Part shown: positions 24,941-38,220 of the stretch, in pieces | How the letters are laid out: each line of letters opens with the position of its first letter | Numbering within the stretch: the first letter of the stretch is position 1 | Origin: Octopus vulgaris | Taxonomy: Eukaryota | DNA: 64,000 nucleotides | NCBI GenBank assembly: GCA_951406725.2 | Contig: OX597816.1 | Coordinates: forward strand, 167,028,001 to 167,092,000 | Direction of reading: 5' to 3' | The notes under the pieces: generated by a model | Database searches by the model: none | What the model saw: the letters and a program-made list of their open reading frames with translations, nothing else | Told to the model about the DNA's origin: nothing | Program-made: the position numbers and the translations under genes

Positions 24941-25410
24941 TACCGTAAATCCTCGAGTGTAATCCGCATTTTTTCCCAAAATTTAAAGGTCAAAATCCCT
25001 AGTGCGTACTATATACGAGGGTAAAAATGAAAAATATTTTCTAAGCAATGTCCGAGTCTCTATTTGCTGTCTGACAATGTTTAATCAGACGCATTTTGTG
25101 ATGTTGGGCGCGAAAATACCTTAAGCTAAGCCCGAAAGCAATGAAGTCATAAAAGAATCATCCATAACTTGCAGTAAGCAACATTTATTAAAATAAAAGT
25201 ATTCAGAACACAGAATAACATGTAACAAAAACAATTTGCAAACATATCTACATTCCCATATAACAGTTAAGAACATCGCCATTATCGTATTACGCATGCT
25301 CAGAAGTGTTTGTTCGACTAGGTGCTGCTGGTTTAATTACGCATGACTCAAGTTAGAGAAGGGGTGCGTATTATACTCAAGGGCGGACTATACTCGAGGA
25401 ATTGCGGTAT
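24941..25410. mobile_element. pogo/Tc1-type MITE
   Basis: TIR taccgtaaatcctcgagtgtaatccgc / gcggactatactcgaggaattgcggta; TA context. Confidence 0.8.
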
Positions 25411-25502
25411 ATAGGGAGAAAGAGAGAGAGAGAGAGAGGGTGGGGGAGATAGATAAATAGACAGACATATATATATATATATATCCGTGTGTGCGTATAT
25501 AT

Positions 25503-25835
25503 ATGGTGGTTATCTACTCCTTATGCAGAGTTTCACCACCTCCTGTACCTACTCCTTAGCACCATCATGGCTGCTGATATGGCTTTTTAAACCAGACAAT
25601 GTTCTGAAAAGACACCCACATAGATTGCACCTCTGATTTGAACTACCAAGAGCTGCAGATAAGTTCTGCTCTTTGTAGATCTTAAAATGTCTCTTGAGGC
25701 CTCCACTGGATTTGCAAACCTTCTGGCATACACTGCATTCAAAGGTGTGCACAGATACATAGGCAGAATAGTTGGTGGAGGTTCATTTCCCATGCGTTCA
25801 CAAATGAGATTTGAGGCCAACAAAAGACATAGCAT
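25503..25835 (-). mobile_element. Second copy of the RTE zinc-finger 3' end
   Basis: FECSVCQKVCKSSGGLKRH...CNLCGCLFRTLSGLKSHISSH; reverse-complement match to 23050-23382. Confidence 0.88.
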
Positions 25836-26036
25836 CGACTACTTGTTGAATCGTTGAGCACTCTCAGTGATTAAATATCTCGCTTCGATCAGTAATGAAA
25901 CCAAAGTGAGTGCTGTCTGGAGATGGCCCTTGATTTTACTGACCTTGAACTCCGACTATCCTCACTGGATGCGTTTCTGGCTCAGACGAGCTAAGATTGT
26001 GTCCATCTATGTATATGAATGTGTCTAATGACAATA

Positions 26037-26407
26037 AGGAGCACTCCGTCAGTTACGACGATGAGGGTCCCAGCTGATACAATCAACGGAACAGCTTGCT
26101 CGTGGAATTAACGTGCAAGTGGCTGAGCATTCCACAGACACGTGTACCCTTAACGTAGTTCTCGAGGAGATTCAGCGTGACAAGGCTGGCCCTTTGAAAT
26201 ACAGGTACAACAGAAACAGGAAGAAAGAGTGAGAGAAAGTTGTGGTGAAAGAGTACAGCAGGGTTCACCACCATCCCCTGCAGGAGCCTTGTGAAGCTTT
26301 AGGTGTTTTCGCTCAATAAACACTCACAATGCCCGGTCTGTGAATCGAAACCGTGATCCTACGACCGCGAGTCCGCTGCCCTAACCACTGGGCCATTGTG
26401 TCTCCAC
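26037..26407 (-). mobile_element. SINE family C, tail type Z
   Basis: 14-bp TSD gtctaatgacaata at 26023-26036 and 26408-26421; empty site in the paralogous unit. Confidence 0.92.
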
Positions 26408-26827
26408 GTCTAATGACAATATGTTTCCAGGAATGGGGTTAAGCATCCAAATTTATTCAGGTACTCTAAAGGTAGTTTTCACTACCTTTAGAGTACCTGC
26501 AGAAGGTACTCTGCAATTATCTTTCATTATCTTTCAAAAGTAGACTTTGTTTTTTAGTGATGTATAAAGTGAAGTGACCACTTTGTTTCTTTGGCCATTT
26601 CTGGTCAATTTATGTACCAACAGTTGCTATATATATGGTGTAGATAAACGAATAACTGTCCTTATGATATAATAGAATAGAAAGAAAGAAAAAAAGAGAA
26701 AGGAATGAAGCAAGAAAAAAAAGAAAGAAAGAAAGAAAGTGAGGAAGGAAGGATGGAAGGAAGGAAGAAAATGAGATAGGTATGTAGATCGGAACATATA
26801 CCGTCTGCATGATTACATGCATACATG

Positions 26828-26879
<52 letters not shown>

Positions 26880-27086
26880 ATATGTGTGTGCATGTGCATG
26901 TGTGTGTGTAAATATGTATATATTAGCCACACACATACACACATGTACACACACACATGTACAACGCAGGGGCTCATGTTCGGACCACAAATAACACGAA
27001 CCATTGAAAAGTCTGCACGCAAGGTGCTGGGAGTTGGGAAGATGATCTGAATGAACGGGCGTGTCCATAGGATTTCACGCACGAAT

Positions 27087-27123
<37 letters not shown>

Positions 27124-27524
27124 GGAAATACACTTGGATGCATAGACACATACTGATACACACGAGCGAACGTCGTCTCTCATTCATCTAAATGCACGCA
27201 TGTGTGTGTATAGGTATGTATGCATATGTATGTATACAGGCACCCATATGTACATCAATGTTTTGTGTTTGTTGAGCCTACAGGAAATGGAAGTGCCCAT
27301 GGCCTACGCAATCTCTCCAAGGCTGGTGAGTTTGATGCTTGTTAAGGTCCTGTTTAATCTGTTGTAAGTCAACACCTGCAGGAAAGACATAAGCAAGGAG
27401 GAGGTGACATACCTACACATGTGTACCCCCCACCTGTCGACTTTATTTCCCTATAACTTCCACAAAAATGGATATATATTCTAGGAATGCACTTCAGATG
27501 GTGTAGATTCTGGTCATATTGGAA

Positions 27525-27900
27525 CTTACTCTTTTACTTGTTTCAGTCATTTGACGGTGGCCATGCTGGAGCACTGCCTTTTAGTCGAGCAAATCGACCC
27601 CAGGACTTATTCTTTGTAAGCCTTGTACTTATTCTATTGGTCTCTTTTGCTGAACTGCTAAGTTATGGAGACTTAAACACACCAGCATCGGTTGTCAAGC
27701 GATGATGGGGGGACAAACACAGACACACAAACATATACACACACATACATATATATATATACATATATACGAAGGGCTTCTTTCAGTTTCTGTCTACCTG
27801 AGGCTAGAGGAGAAGACACTTGCCCAAGGTGCCACACAGTGGGAATGAACCCGGAACCATGTGGTTGGTAAGCAAGCTACTTACCACACCGCCACTCCTA
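27525..27900 (-). mobile_element. SINE family A
   Basis: Reverse-complement homology. Confidence 0.88.
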
Positions 27901-28457
27901 CACCATTTGTTTAATTCCCAGAAACACATAGTGCCAACTACTTGTTGAGTTGTTGAGCACTCTCAGTGATAAATATCTTACTTCAATCAATGGCCTAACC
28001 ACAGTGTGTGCCACTTGGGGTGGCCCTTGAGTTTTCTGACCTTGAACTTCCACCATCCCCCCACCCACTCACTCACGAGATAGGCTTCTGAATCAGATAA
28101 ACTTAGATTGGCCACCTGTGTATGTGTGTGTCTAACTGCAATATGTTTCATGGAATGGAGTTATGTGTCCAAACTTATTTGGGTATTTTTCAGCTATCTG
28201 CAGAAGGTACTCTGCAGCTAACTTTCATTATCTTTCAAAGGCAGACTTTTGTTTGTCAGTGATGTATTAATATAAAGTGAAGTGACCACCTCGTTCCTTT
28301 GGCCGTTTTTTTTTGGTAAATTTATACACTAACAGTTGCTATATATATATAAATATATATCGTGTGGATAAAGGAATAACTGTCCTTATGATATAATAGA
28401 AAACAAATAAATAAATAAAGAAAGAAAGAAAGAAAGAAAGAAAATGAGATAGGAATG

Positions 28458-29434
28458 TACTTAGTATAGCCATAAATACTGTTACAAAATAAAACTTGAA
28501 TTTCAGGATAATGAAACTTTGAACATTTATTTGTGGGCTGAACAAAAAAATAGATTCACTAAATTCATTCAAAACGACCCCCCACCACCACGACTCTGTT
28601 GTCAATACAATGCTTCAAATGCTCAGGCCATTCGTCCATTGCAGTATGCACAATATTACCTGGAAAGTTGGTCATTGCAGTAACAAGAACATGCTTGAGA
28701 GTATCCAATTCTGACCACAGTTTGTAACCCAGAGGATTCAAATCCGGACTCCCAGATAGCTATTCCATTGCCTTCAAGAAGCCAGGAACATTTTGTGAGA
28801 GCCACTCCTGAGTAACCTTGGCTTTGTGTGCTGGGGCTGAGTCCTGTTGGAAGCCTCACATAAACGAAGCTCAGTCACCCTTTCATAAGACACACCTCAC
28901 CAAACCATGACTGAGGCAAGGTGATGGCTTCTTTGAACTTGGTGAATGACCTCAGAAGCTTCCTTAGAGCTGTCAAGGCAGCGAGCTGGCAGAAACGTTA
29001 GCACGCTGGGCAAAATGCTTAGCAGTATTTTGTCTGTCGTTACGTTCTGAGTTCAAATTCCGCCAAAGTCGACTTGGGAGTACCCACAGTGCGAGGACAA
29101 CCTTCCCTTGGAATGTCATTGAGAGTCTGATGATCTACAAACATCTTTATGGTGCGATTCTCTTTACAGAACATTCTGCTAATTCTAAGTGGTACAAGCA
29201 GTTTGAAAATGATGGCCGCATCATGACCTGCCTTGTAAAAACCAACAACAGTTATACGATTTTCTTTGATATTTCATTCCATTGTTAGATAGGAAAATTA
29301 GATCAGTTAATACCTGAAATTCAATGCAGAAGTTTATTAGCTAATGACTGATACAAAGGAAATGCATTTTAGGTGCAAAAACCTATGAAAGATTAAAGGA
29401 AAACATTTGTAACCGTATTTATGGCTATACCTGG
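28458..29434 (-). mobile_element. Degenerate Tc1/mariner (maT-like) transposon with a SINE B head inserted at ~28975-29075
   Basis: TIR gtatagccataaatac.gttacaaa; minus-strand FQQDSAPAH and SPDLNPLGYKLWSEL; TA empty site in unit 1 (~26785). Confidence 0.85.
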
Positions 29435-29628
29435 TAGATCGGAACATACCATCTGCATGGTTACATGCTTACACTCTGTGTGTGTGTTTGTGTGCATATG
29501 TATTACACATACACACACGTTTGAACCGTGGAAAACACGAACCATCGACAAATCTGCACACAAGGTGCGGAGAATTAGGAAGATGATCTGAATGAACGGG
29601 TGCGTCCATAGGATTTTACGCACGAATG

Positions 29629-29671
<43 letters not shown>

Positions 29672-29767
29672 GATATATATATAGACACATGTTGACACTT
29701 ACAGCCAAAGTACCCTTTTTTATAAATACACTTGCATGTGTGTATGTATATATATATATATATATGT

Positions 29768-29820
<53 letters not shown>

Positions 29821-30343
29821 CACACACACACATGTACATCAATGGTTTGTTGAACCTGCAGAAAGGGGAAGTGCCCACGACCATCGCAGTCTTTCCGAAG
29901 CTGGTGAGTTTATGCTGTTAACATTCCATTTAATCTGTTGTAACTCGACACCTGCAGGAAAGACGTAAGCAAGGAGGAGGTGACATACCTACACAAGTTT
30001 CCCCCCACCCTCCGACTTGCCAGGTGATCAATAAGTAACTGAATTACTTATTGGTTGATTCCACAAAAATGGATATTTTTTTAGTGAAATTTTCTACAAA
30101 TATACTTCAGGTGGTGTGGATTCCAATAATATCAGAATTTATAGTTAAAAATCACTCTCGGTGACTAAATCTCTCCTTTATAGGTGCAGGAGCAGCTGTG
30201 TGGTAAGAAGCTTGCTTCCTAACCACAGGGTTCCAGGTTCAGTCCCACAGCGTGGCATCTTGGGCAAGTTTCTTCTACTGTAGCCTCGGGCTGACCAAAG
30301 CTTGTGAGTGGATTTGGTAGACAGAAACTGAAAGAAGCCTGCC

Positions 30344-30408
<65 letters not shown>

Positions 30409-30496
30409 ACAAAAACAATTGCAGCGTGGGAGGTGTTTATAAGCCATTTAAGAAACACACAAAAGCCGTTCGATTCACTCCAACATTTAAGTTTAA

Positions 30497-30547
30497 TTTG
30501 TCAAAATATTTTCATCGCTTTGAGACCGCGACCTGTTCACTGACAAA
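30497..30547 (-). ncRNA. Minimal type I hammerhead ribozyme motif, G3:C8 variant
   Basis: tttgtca-GTGAACA-g-gtcgc(ggtctcaaa)gcgat-GAA-aatatt-t-tgacaaa. Confidence 0.6.
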
Positions 30548-30567
30548 GTCCGTGATACAGCACGGAC

Positions 30568-30617
30568 TTTGTCAGTGAACAGGTCGCGGATTTTAGCGAC
30601 GAAAATATTTTGACAAA
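30568..30617 (+). ncRNA. Minimal type I hammerhead ribozyme motif, G3:C8 variant
   Basis: tttgtca-GTGAACA-g-gtcgc(ggatttta)gcgac-GAA-aatatt-t-tgacaaa: 7-bp helix I, 5-bp helix II, palindromic helix III. Confidence 0.65.
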
Positions 30618-30757
30618 TTAAACTTAAATGTTGGAGTGAATCGAACGGCTTTTGTGTGTTTCTTAAATGGCTTATAAACACCTCCCACGCTGCAATTGTT
30701 TTCGTTTCAGCACACGATCTCAGATCAAATTACTTGCTATGCGAGTACATCTCCGTA

Positions 30758-30851
<94 letters not shown>

Positions 30852-31574
30852 TGTATGTATGTATGTATGTATGTATGTATGAATGAATGTATGTATGTAT
30901 ATATGTATGTGTATGTATTTGTGTGTCTGTATTTGTCCCCCCCCACCACCACCACCATCATTTAGCAACCAATGTTGATGTGTTTACATCCCTGTAACTT
31001 AGCGGTTCCGATTCAACAAAAGAGACTGATAGAATAAGTAGTAGGCTTACAAAAAACAAGTCCTGAGGTTGATTTGTTTGACTAAAGGTGGTGTTCCAGC
31101 ATGGCCTCAGTCAAATGACTGAAACAAATAAAAGAATAAAAGAAGATCAGTGATGTAGCCAGAATGCATGCCAACCGAGATGGCCCTTAATTTTGCCATC
31201 CCCAGAACTGGCACAACCACCTACCCTCGTTCCCACTGGCTACACTTCAGGCACAGACTTTTATGTTCTGAGGTCAAAATTTCACCAACGTCAACTTTGC
31301 CTTTAATCATTTCTGGATCGATAACATTTTTGGAGCAGTGTGGAAATGGTGTGTTTTACTCAAGGGTACAAATGCAACGTCCAGTTCAGGAATCGAACCC
31401 ACAATTTTACGATCATAAGTACAGCACCCTAAGTATTAAGCCTCCATGCACATATAATTACTTATACATACACACACATAATTATGTAAATGTACACACA
31501 CATACAACCATAATTATGTATGTGAGTGTGTGCATGTTTGTGTGTTTACATGCACATACATCATCATCATCATC

Positions 31575-32647
31575 ATCATCATCCTCATTTAACGTCCGCT
31601 TTCCATGCTAGCATGGGTTGGACGGTTCAACTGGAGTCTGGGGAGCCCGAAGGCTGCACCAGGCCCAGTCAGATCTGGCAGTGTTTCTACAGCTGGATGC
31701 CCTTCCTAACGCCAACCACTCCGAGAGTGTAGTGGGTGATTTTATGTGCCACCGACACAGGTGCCAGACGAAGCTGGCGAACGGCCACGCTCGGATGGTG
31801 TTTTTTATGTGCCACCGACACAGGTGCCAGACGAGGCTGGCAGACGGCCACGCTCGGATGGTGTTTTTTATGTGCCACCGACACAGGTGCCAGACGAGGC
31901 TGGCAGACGGCCACGCTCGGATGGTGTTTTTTATGTGCCACCGACACAGGTGCCAGAGAAGCTGGCGAACGGCCACGCTCTGTGCCACCGACACAGGTGC
32001 CAGACGAAGCTGGCGAACGGCCACGCTCGGATGATGTTTTTTATGTGCCACCGACACAGGTGCCAGATGAGGCTGGCGAACGGCCACGATCGGATGGTGT
32101 TTGTTACGTGCCCACAGCACGGAGGCCAGTCGATGCGGTACTGGCTACGGCCACGTTCGGATGGTTTTCTTGTGTGCCACCGGCACTGGTACCACAAAGA
32201 TACAAATTCCATTGATGTTCATCTATTTTGATTTGGTTTGATTTTCACTTGCCTCAACAGGTCTTCACAACTGTCACACACTTGCCTCAACAGGTCTTCA
32301 CAAGTGTCACATACTTGCCTCAACAGGTCTTCACAAGTGTCATAAGAAGGAAGGTATGCACAGGTGGACTGACTACGTCCCAGGTAGGGGCCACGGGTTA
32401 TGGCCTGACTAGTCTTGCCGGGTCTTTGGATGGTGTTTTTATGTGCCACCAACACAGGTGCCAGATGAGGCTGGCGAACGGCCACGATCGGATGGTGTTT
32501 GTTACGTGCCCACAGCACGGAGGCCAGTCGATGTGGTACTGGCTACCGCCACGTTCGGATGGTTTTCTTGTGTGCCACCGGCATTGGTACCACAAAGATG
32601 GTACCATTGATGTTCATCTATTTTGATTTGTTTTGATTTGATTTGAT
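31575..32647 (-). mobile_element. SINE-like family D with expanded internal minisatellites
   Basis: Tail (gat)n and core gttggcgttaggaagggcatccagctgt; ~62-bp units x5-6, 32-bp units x3 and a ~215-bp duplication. Confidence 0.8.
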
Positions 32648-32649
32648 TA

Positions 32650-32683
<34 letters not shown>

Positions 32684-32920
32684 TATATACATACACACAC
32701 ATGCATATATATATACATATAGATATACAAACACACATACATATATATATATACATACATATATATATACATACATATATAGATGCATACATGTATATAT
32801 ATACATAAATACACATATATGCACATTTTACACATACATGTACATACATACTTACATACGCGCATACATACATACATACTTACATACATACATACATACA
32901 TACATACATTCATACATACA

Positions 32921-32954
<34 letters not shown>

Positions 32955-32960
32955 CATACA

Positions 32961-33346
32961 CTAGCAGTATCGCCCGGCGTTGCTCGGATGTAAGGGAAAT
33001 AACTATATAAGCATTTTTAGAGAGTTATAGCCAAAAAATAGCAAAAAAATGCTTGAAAAAAAATTAAGGTAAATTTTTTTTTAAATCGTTGACACATCGT
33101 AGATATTTTTAGAGAGTTACTTCCCTTATATAAAAGCGAAAAAAATGCATTAAAATGGAAAAATATGATGGTAAATTTTTTTTAAATCGTAGACTCATTG
33201 TAGACGCGCGCTAATACCCAGAAGGGCTCGATATGAATCACGACTATAAGATACCCGCTTTTGGTTAAACTGCACCGCAAAATGTGGGAGTAGTTAGGAA
33301 TCTAAATCGTAGGAGACAGACACACAACTTCACTCTTATATAAAGA
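32961..33346 (-). mobile_element. Non-autonomous Helitron
   Basis: Minus strand 5'-TC...imperfect GC-rich hairpin ccgagcaacgccggg...CTAG-3', inserted between A and T, no TSD. Confidence 0.8.
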
Positions 33347-33834
33347 TGCTTTTTTTTTCAGTCATAGAGTTAGATTTATGAAGGTCTTCAGTAGAAAATC
33401 CTTCGAATTCTGACTCGCTGCTTGATATAATGAAATTCGTATCCATTTTTTGTCAGAATTACAAATTTTGAAAACACAATAGGAACAAATTTCGGAAAAA
33501 AATCTCCCATAATTCACGGAATTAAAATTACACTTCGATTTTTGTACAAAACTGTAGTTGAAGTGTTTACGAAGTATAATACGTGTTTTCACGAATGTAC
33601 TAAAGAGATTTGCTCTGATATTCTCATTTAAATATGAATAGGTAAATTCGGGCGGTTTGGTAACGAAAGGGTTAAACGGATGCATACATTTATTAATCTC
33701 TTATTATAATAACTATATATAAGTGTCGTCTGTTTATACATAAACACTGTTTCATACTGCAATTATATATACATATATCTATATATAATATTATATAATA
33801 AAATATATACAGAGTAAAATAAAAACCAATTTAC

Positions 33835-34340
33835 CTTTTCTGTATTGTTATAGCAATTCCACCGTCCGTGTGTCTTTGCAAATGTGTTGGAATGATAAGT
33901 GAGTTGTGTTTTGGCGCCTTTTTTACTAATAACAAACACACACGTGTTTGTATGTAGTTGTTTGAAACGTTTGTGTTTGCCACTCTCATATATGTATGTG
34001 TATGCGTGTGTGTGAGGAATGACACACACACACTCACGCACGCACACATGTACATCAATGCTTTCGGAGTGATATGTTAAAATATTGAGTTTTCTCGAAT
34101 TTTGTCTTAATTGGTGGTAAAATTGAAAGAAATTTTTTATGTCATCACCCACTGAAGTACTATGAAAAATCATGGGTACACTCTAATTGAAGAAATTGTG
34201 TGAGGAGTAAATCGTTATGTATTTATTTGTTTCTGTTTGCTGTTTTTTTTTTTGAGTAGTGGTTTAAGGTACACTTCTCTCGTTTTATCGAATTAGTTTC
34301 ACTTTAATCGCTGCAAACGTGCAAAGAGAAAGTCGCAGAA
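33835..34340 (-). promoter_or_regulatory. Candidate distal promoter / non-coding first exon
   Basis: Donor AAG|gtaaat at 33835/33834; TE-free, CpG-retaining unique block. The 5' boundary is a guess. Confidence 0.3.
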
Positions 34341-34659
34341 ATGAGTGATAGCGTGAGTGAATGAGATCGCTCCCTTTTTGTGTGTGTGCGTGTGCGTGTG
34401 GTGTAAACCACATTAAGAAAAGCATTTGACATACACACCAGAATGTGAGTTTTCTGTAAATTTTGCTTAATTGGAGTTTAAATTTTAAAAACTGGACCTG
34501 GCATGACCCGATGCATTCTACTCTTAAAAATGCTAGGTAAATTGTAATTGAAGAAATCCTATATTGTAGATTTCTATAAGTTACAAAGGGAGGCAGATCA
34601 AATCTGCCTTTTATAATAAGAGATACATACACACACACACATATACATACATACATTCA

Positions 34660-34693
<34 letters not shown>

Positions 34694-35045
34694 CATACAT
34701 ACATACACACACACACACATACATACATACATACATACATACATACATACATACATACATACATACATACATACATACATACATACATACATACATACAA
34801 ACATACATACATATATACATACATATGTAGGTGGGATATTGTAATAAACACCAGAATACATTCCGACACAAAGGGAGCATTAATTGTATACATTACAAAG
34901 CCTGCTGAGTTTGTACATACATTGTTACATGTTTATGTACATATGTGAATATATGTGTACATGTGTGCTTATGTGAGTGCGCATGTGCATATGTGTAGTG
35001 TGTGTGTGGACATGTGCAGACAGACAGACAGATACACACATCATC

Positions 35046-35076
<31 letters not shown>

Positions 35077-35439
35077 GTTTAACGTCCAATTTCCATGCTA
35101 GCATGGGTTGGCCGATTTGACTGAAGGCTTAATAAATGAATTGCCCTCGGTTGCAGCAATGAGCCAGCAGTTGTCCAGTTAACAGAATTAGTTCATTTGT
35201 TGTTGCCGAAGATGACCAGTGGCATCACATGGATGAAGAAGACAGAGCACAGAGTGTCTAGCTGTGACCAATCAGTCCGAGGCACACTCAGAAAGCTCTG
35301 CTGTAGGGCGGATACTGAGGGTTTGTTGGGACTGAAGGCAAGGAGTTGGCTCTGAACATTTGTAATTTGCATTTTCTTTGTGCCCCTGCAATCTTGTTCT
35401 GTTTGTAGTATTAGTGAGATAACTGCAGGAGTATTGCTT

Positions 35440-35800
35440 CTGAACCACATGGTTCGGGGTTCAGTCCCACTGCATGTCACCTTGTGCAAGTGTCTTCTAC
35501 TATAGCCTTGGGCCGACCAAAGCCTTGTGAGTTGATTTGGTAGACGGAAACTGAAAGAAGCCTGTCGTATATATGTATATATATATATGTATGTGTGTAT
35601 CTGTGTTTGTCCCCCCACCATCGCTTGACACAGATGTTGGTTTGTTTATGTCCCCGTAACTTAGCAGTTCGGCAAAAGAGACTGATAGTTTAAGTATTAA
35701 GCTCACAAAGAATAAGTGTTGGGGTCAATTTGTTTGACTAAAAGTGGTGCTCCAGCATGGCCGCAGTCAAATGACTGAAACAAGTAAAAGAATAAAAGAA
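35440..35800 (+). mobile_element. SINE family A
   Basis: Homology to other copies. Confidence 0.88.
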
Positions 35801-36117
35801 CATCGTGAAAGTCTAGGAATATTGGTTTCAGATTTTGGCACAAGGCCAGCAATTTCGAGAGAAGGGGTTAAATCAATTACATTGACCCCAGTGGTGACAT
35901 TTAGTAGAGATGACCCGGAAGTTGTTCCTCTTCAATTACTATCGCAAACAGCAGTAGCTTTCTTCAACCGAATACAATTCGTTGATTGGTTGAAATTACC
36001 CAAAAACGACAACTTTAACATGCAATAACTTCTAAAATACAAAATTTGATCAAAAACGCTCAGAGTAAACTATCTTCTACGTGAGAAATTCTACCAGTGT
36101 TTGAAGTTTCAGACTGT

Positions 36118-36336
36118 TTCTCTTTTACTCTTTTACTTGTTTCAGTCATTTTGACTGCGGCCATACTGGAGCACCGCATTTAGTCGAACAAATCAACCCC
36201 CAGACTTATTCTTTGGAAGCCTAGTACTTATTCTATCGGTCTCTTTTGTCGAACTGCTAAGTTACGGGGACGTAAACACACCACCATCAGTTGTCAAGCG
36301 ATGTTCAGGGGACAAACACAGACACACAAATACATG

Positions 36337-36375
<39 letters not shown>

Positions 36376-36376
36376 G

Positions 36377-36444
<68 letters not shown>

Positions 36445-36610
36445 CATATATACGATGGGCTTCTTTCAGTTTCCGTCTACCAAATCCACTCACAAGGCTT
36501 TGGTCGGCTTGAAGCTATAGTAGAAGACACTTGCCCAAGGTGCCACACAGTGGGACTGAACTCAGAACCATGTGGTTGGTAAGCAAGCTACTTACCACAC
36601 AGCCACTCCT
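36118..36610 (-). mobile_element. SINE family A
   Basis: Reverse-complement homology. Confidence 0.9.
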
Positions 36611-36989
36611 AAAAAAAATTAATTTTAAAAATCTATGATTGAGATGGAATAGATCCTTAACTGGTAATTATTTTATCGATATAGAAATAATGAAAGGCAA
36701 AGTTAACCTCGGTGGAATTTTGAACTCAGATCATGAAGCTGGACAGAATACTGCTAAACATTTTTCCCGGAGCGCTAACGATTCTGCTAACTCGCCGCCA
36801 TGATGTTTTTGAAACAATAATGATGAACTGAGGAACTTGACAGTTCGAGTTTACAAGGAATTGTATAAAAAAAAACTGGAAGAAGAACTTTTAGGAAGAT
36901 AAAAACTAGAACGTAATCCTATTTTTATTAGTTGTTTAAAAAGAAAAGCTGTTAACCATATATACATGCCTGGGAAGATGTGTTAGAGG

Positions 36990-37247
36990 GGGTATATACA
37001 TATGTGTGTATATTCATGGACACATATACACATGCTTACATACACACACATACACACATGAAGACATATACATACGCATACACATATACACATGCAAATG
37101 TACATATACATAGACACGTAAACACACACATGTATAGACACATATCCACATACATACACATGAATACTCACATGCACTTATACACATGCATACATATACG
37201 TGTGCACACACACACATGTATATACACACACATGCACATTCACATGT

Positions 37248-37309
<62 letters not shown>

Positions 37310-37537
37310 GAACACACACACACAAACACACACATATACACACACCTGTATAAACAGGTATAAACGTACACACACTCATATAAACATGTCCATGTATACA
37401 GGTATAGACGCACACACACACACGTATACATGCACGCACACACATGTACACACACACACACACACCCATTCACTCACAAACACTTTTAGATCCTTCCGTA
37501 CACACATATACATACACATACAATCACATACACTCTT

Positions 37538-37574
<37 letters not shown>

Positions 37575-37990
37575 ACACCACACAGATGCTGAGTAGGACA
37601 GTAAAAGTGCCCAAACAGTGTTTTTGCGTACAACTAGTTTTGTTGAATCAATAAATTAAAGTGTTTATACACATTGCTATACATATGTGTATAAACAGTG
37701 GTCCGTTCAACAAACAGACGGCAATTTTCTTTAACACCCACCCACCAGCCGACCCCTTCTTTTCCTACCTCAGATACCCGACTTTGGGTCTTTCCCAACT
37801 CCACTACCCTCATTTCAATCTTGAACATACAATACATTATCTCGGGTAATTCAAAACTATTTGTCTGGTTCAAATAAGGAACATTAGACAAGCCGATTGT
37901 ACACTTAAATTCATGTATGTACGCATGGAAAAATACATACATACATACATATATATATATATATTTATATATACACATACACACACACAC

Positions 37991-38086
<96 letters not shown>

Positions 38087-38142
38087 CGGATATATAGCAT
38101 ACACGCACATATACGCACACGGCAGTAACTCCGCTGCCGAAT

Positions 38143-38220
<78 letters not shown>

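Larger units (their letters stand above)
25838..30140. repeat. Old tandem segmental duplication (unit 1 ~25838-27520; unit 2 ~27937-30140)
   Basis: Colinear blocks, e.g. actacttgttga...gttgagcactctcagtgat, gaagatgatctgaatgaacggg, cacctgcaggaaagac.taagcaaggaggaggtgacatacctacac. Confidence 0.92.
30405..30755. mobile_element. Penelope-like inverted terminal fragment (~145-bp arms, 6-bp spacer) inserted in (TA)n
   Basis: Arms ~30410-30554 and 30561-30703 are near-perfect reverse complements; each carries a hammerhead fold. Confidence 0.75.
30182..31143 (+). mobile_element. SINE family A interrupted by a palindromic Penelope-like insertion
   Basis: 5' half 30182-30345, 3' half 30920-31143. Confidence 0.88.

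Noticed and set aside
31608-32626. Repeat-protein-like ORFs and a superficially CRISPR-like array
   Set aside because: Tandem units without unique spacers, no cas genes, eukaryotic SINE context.
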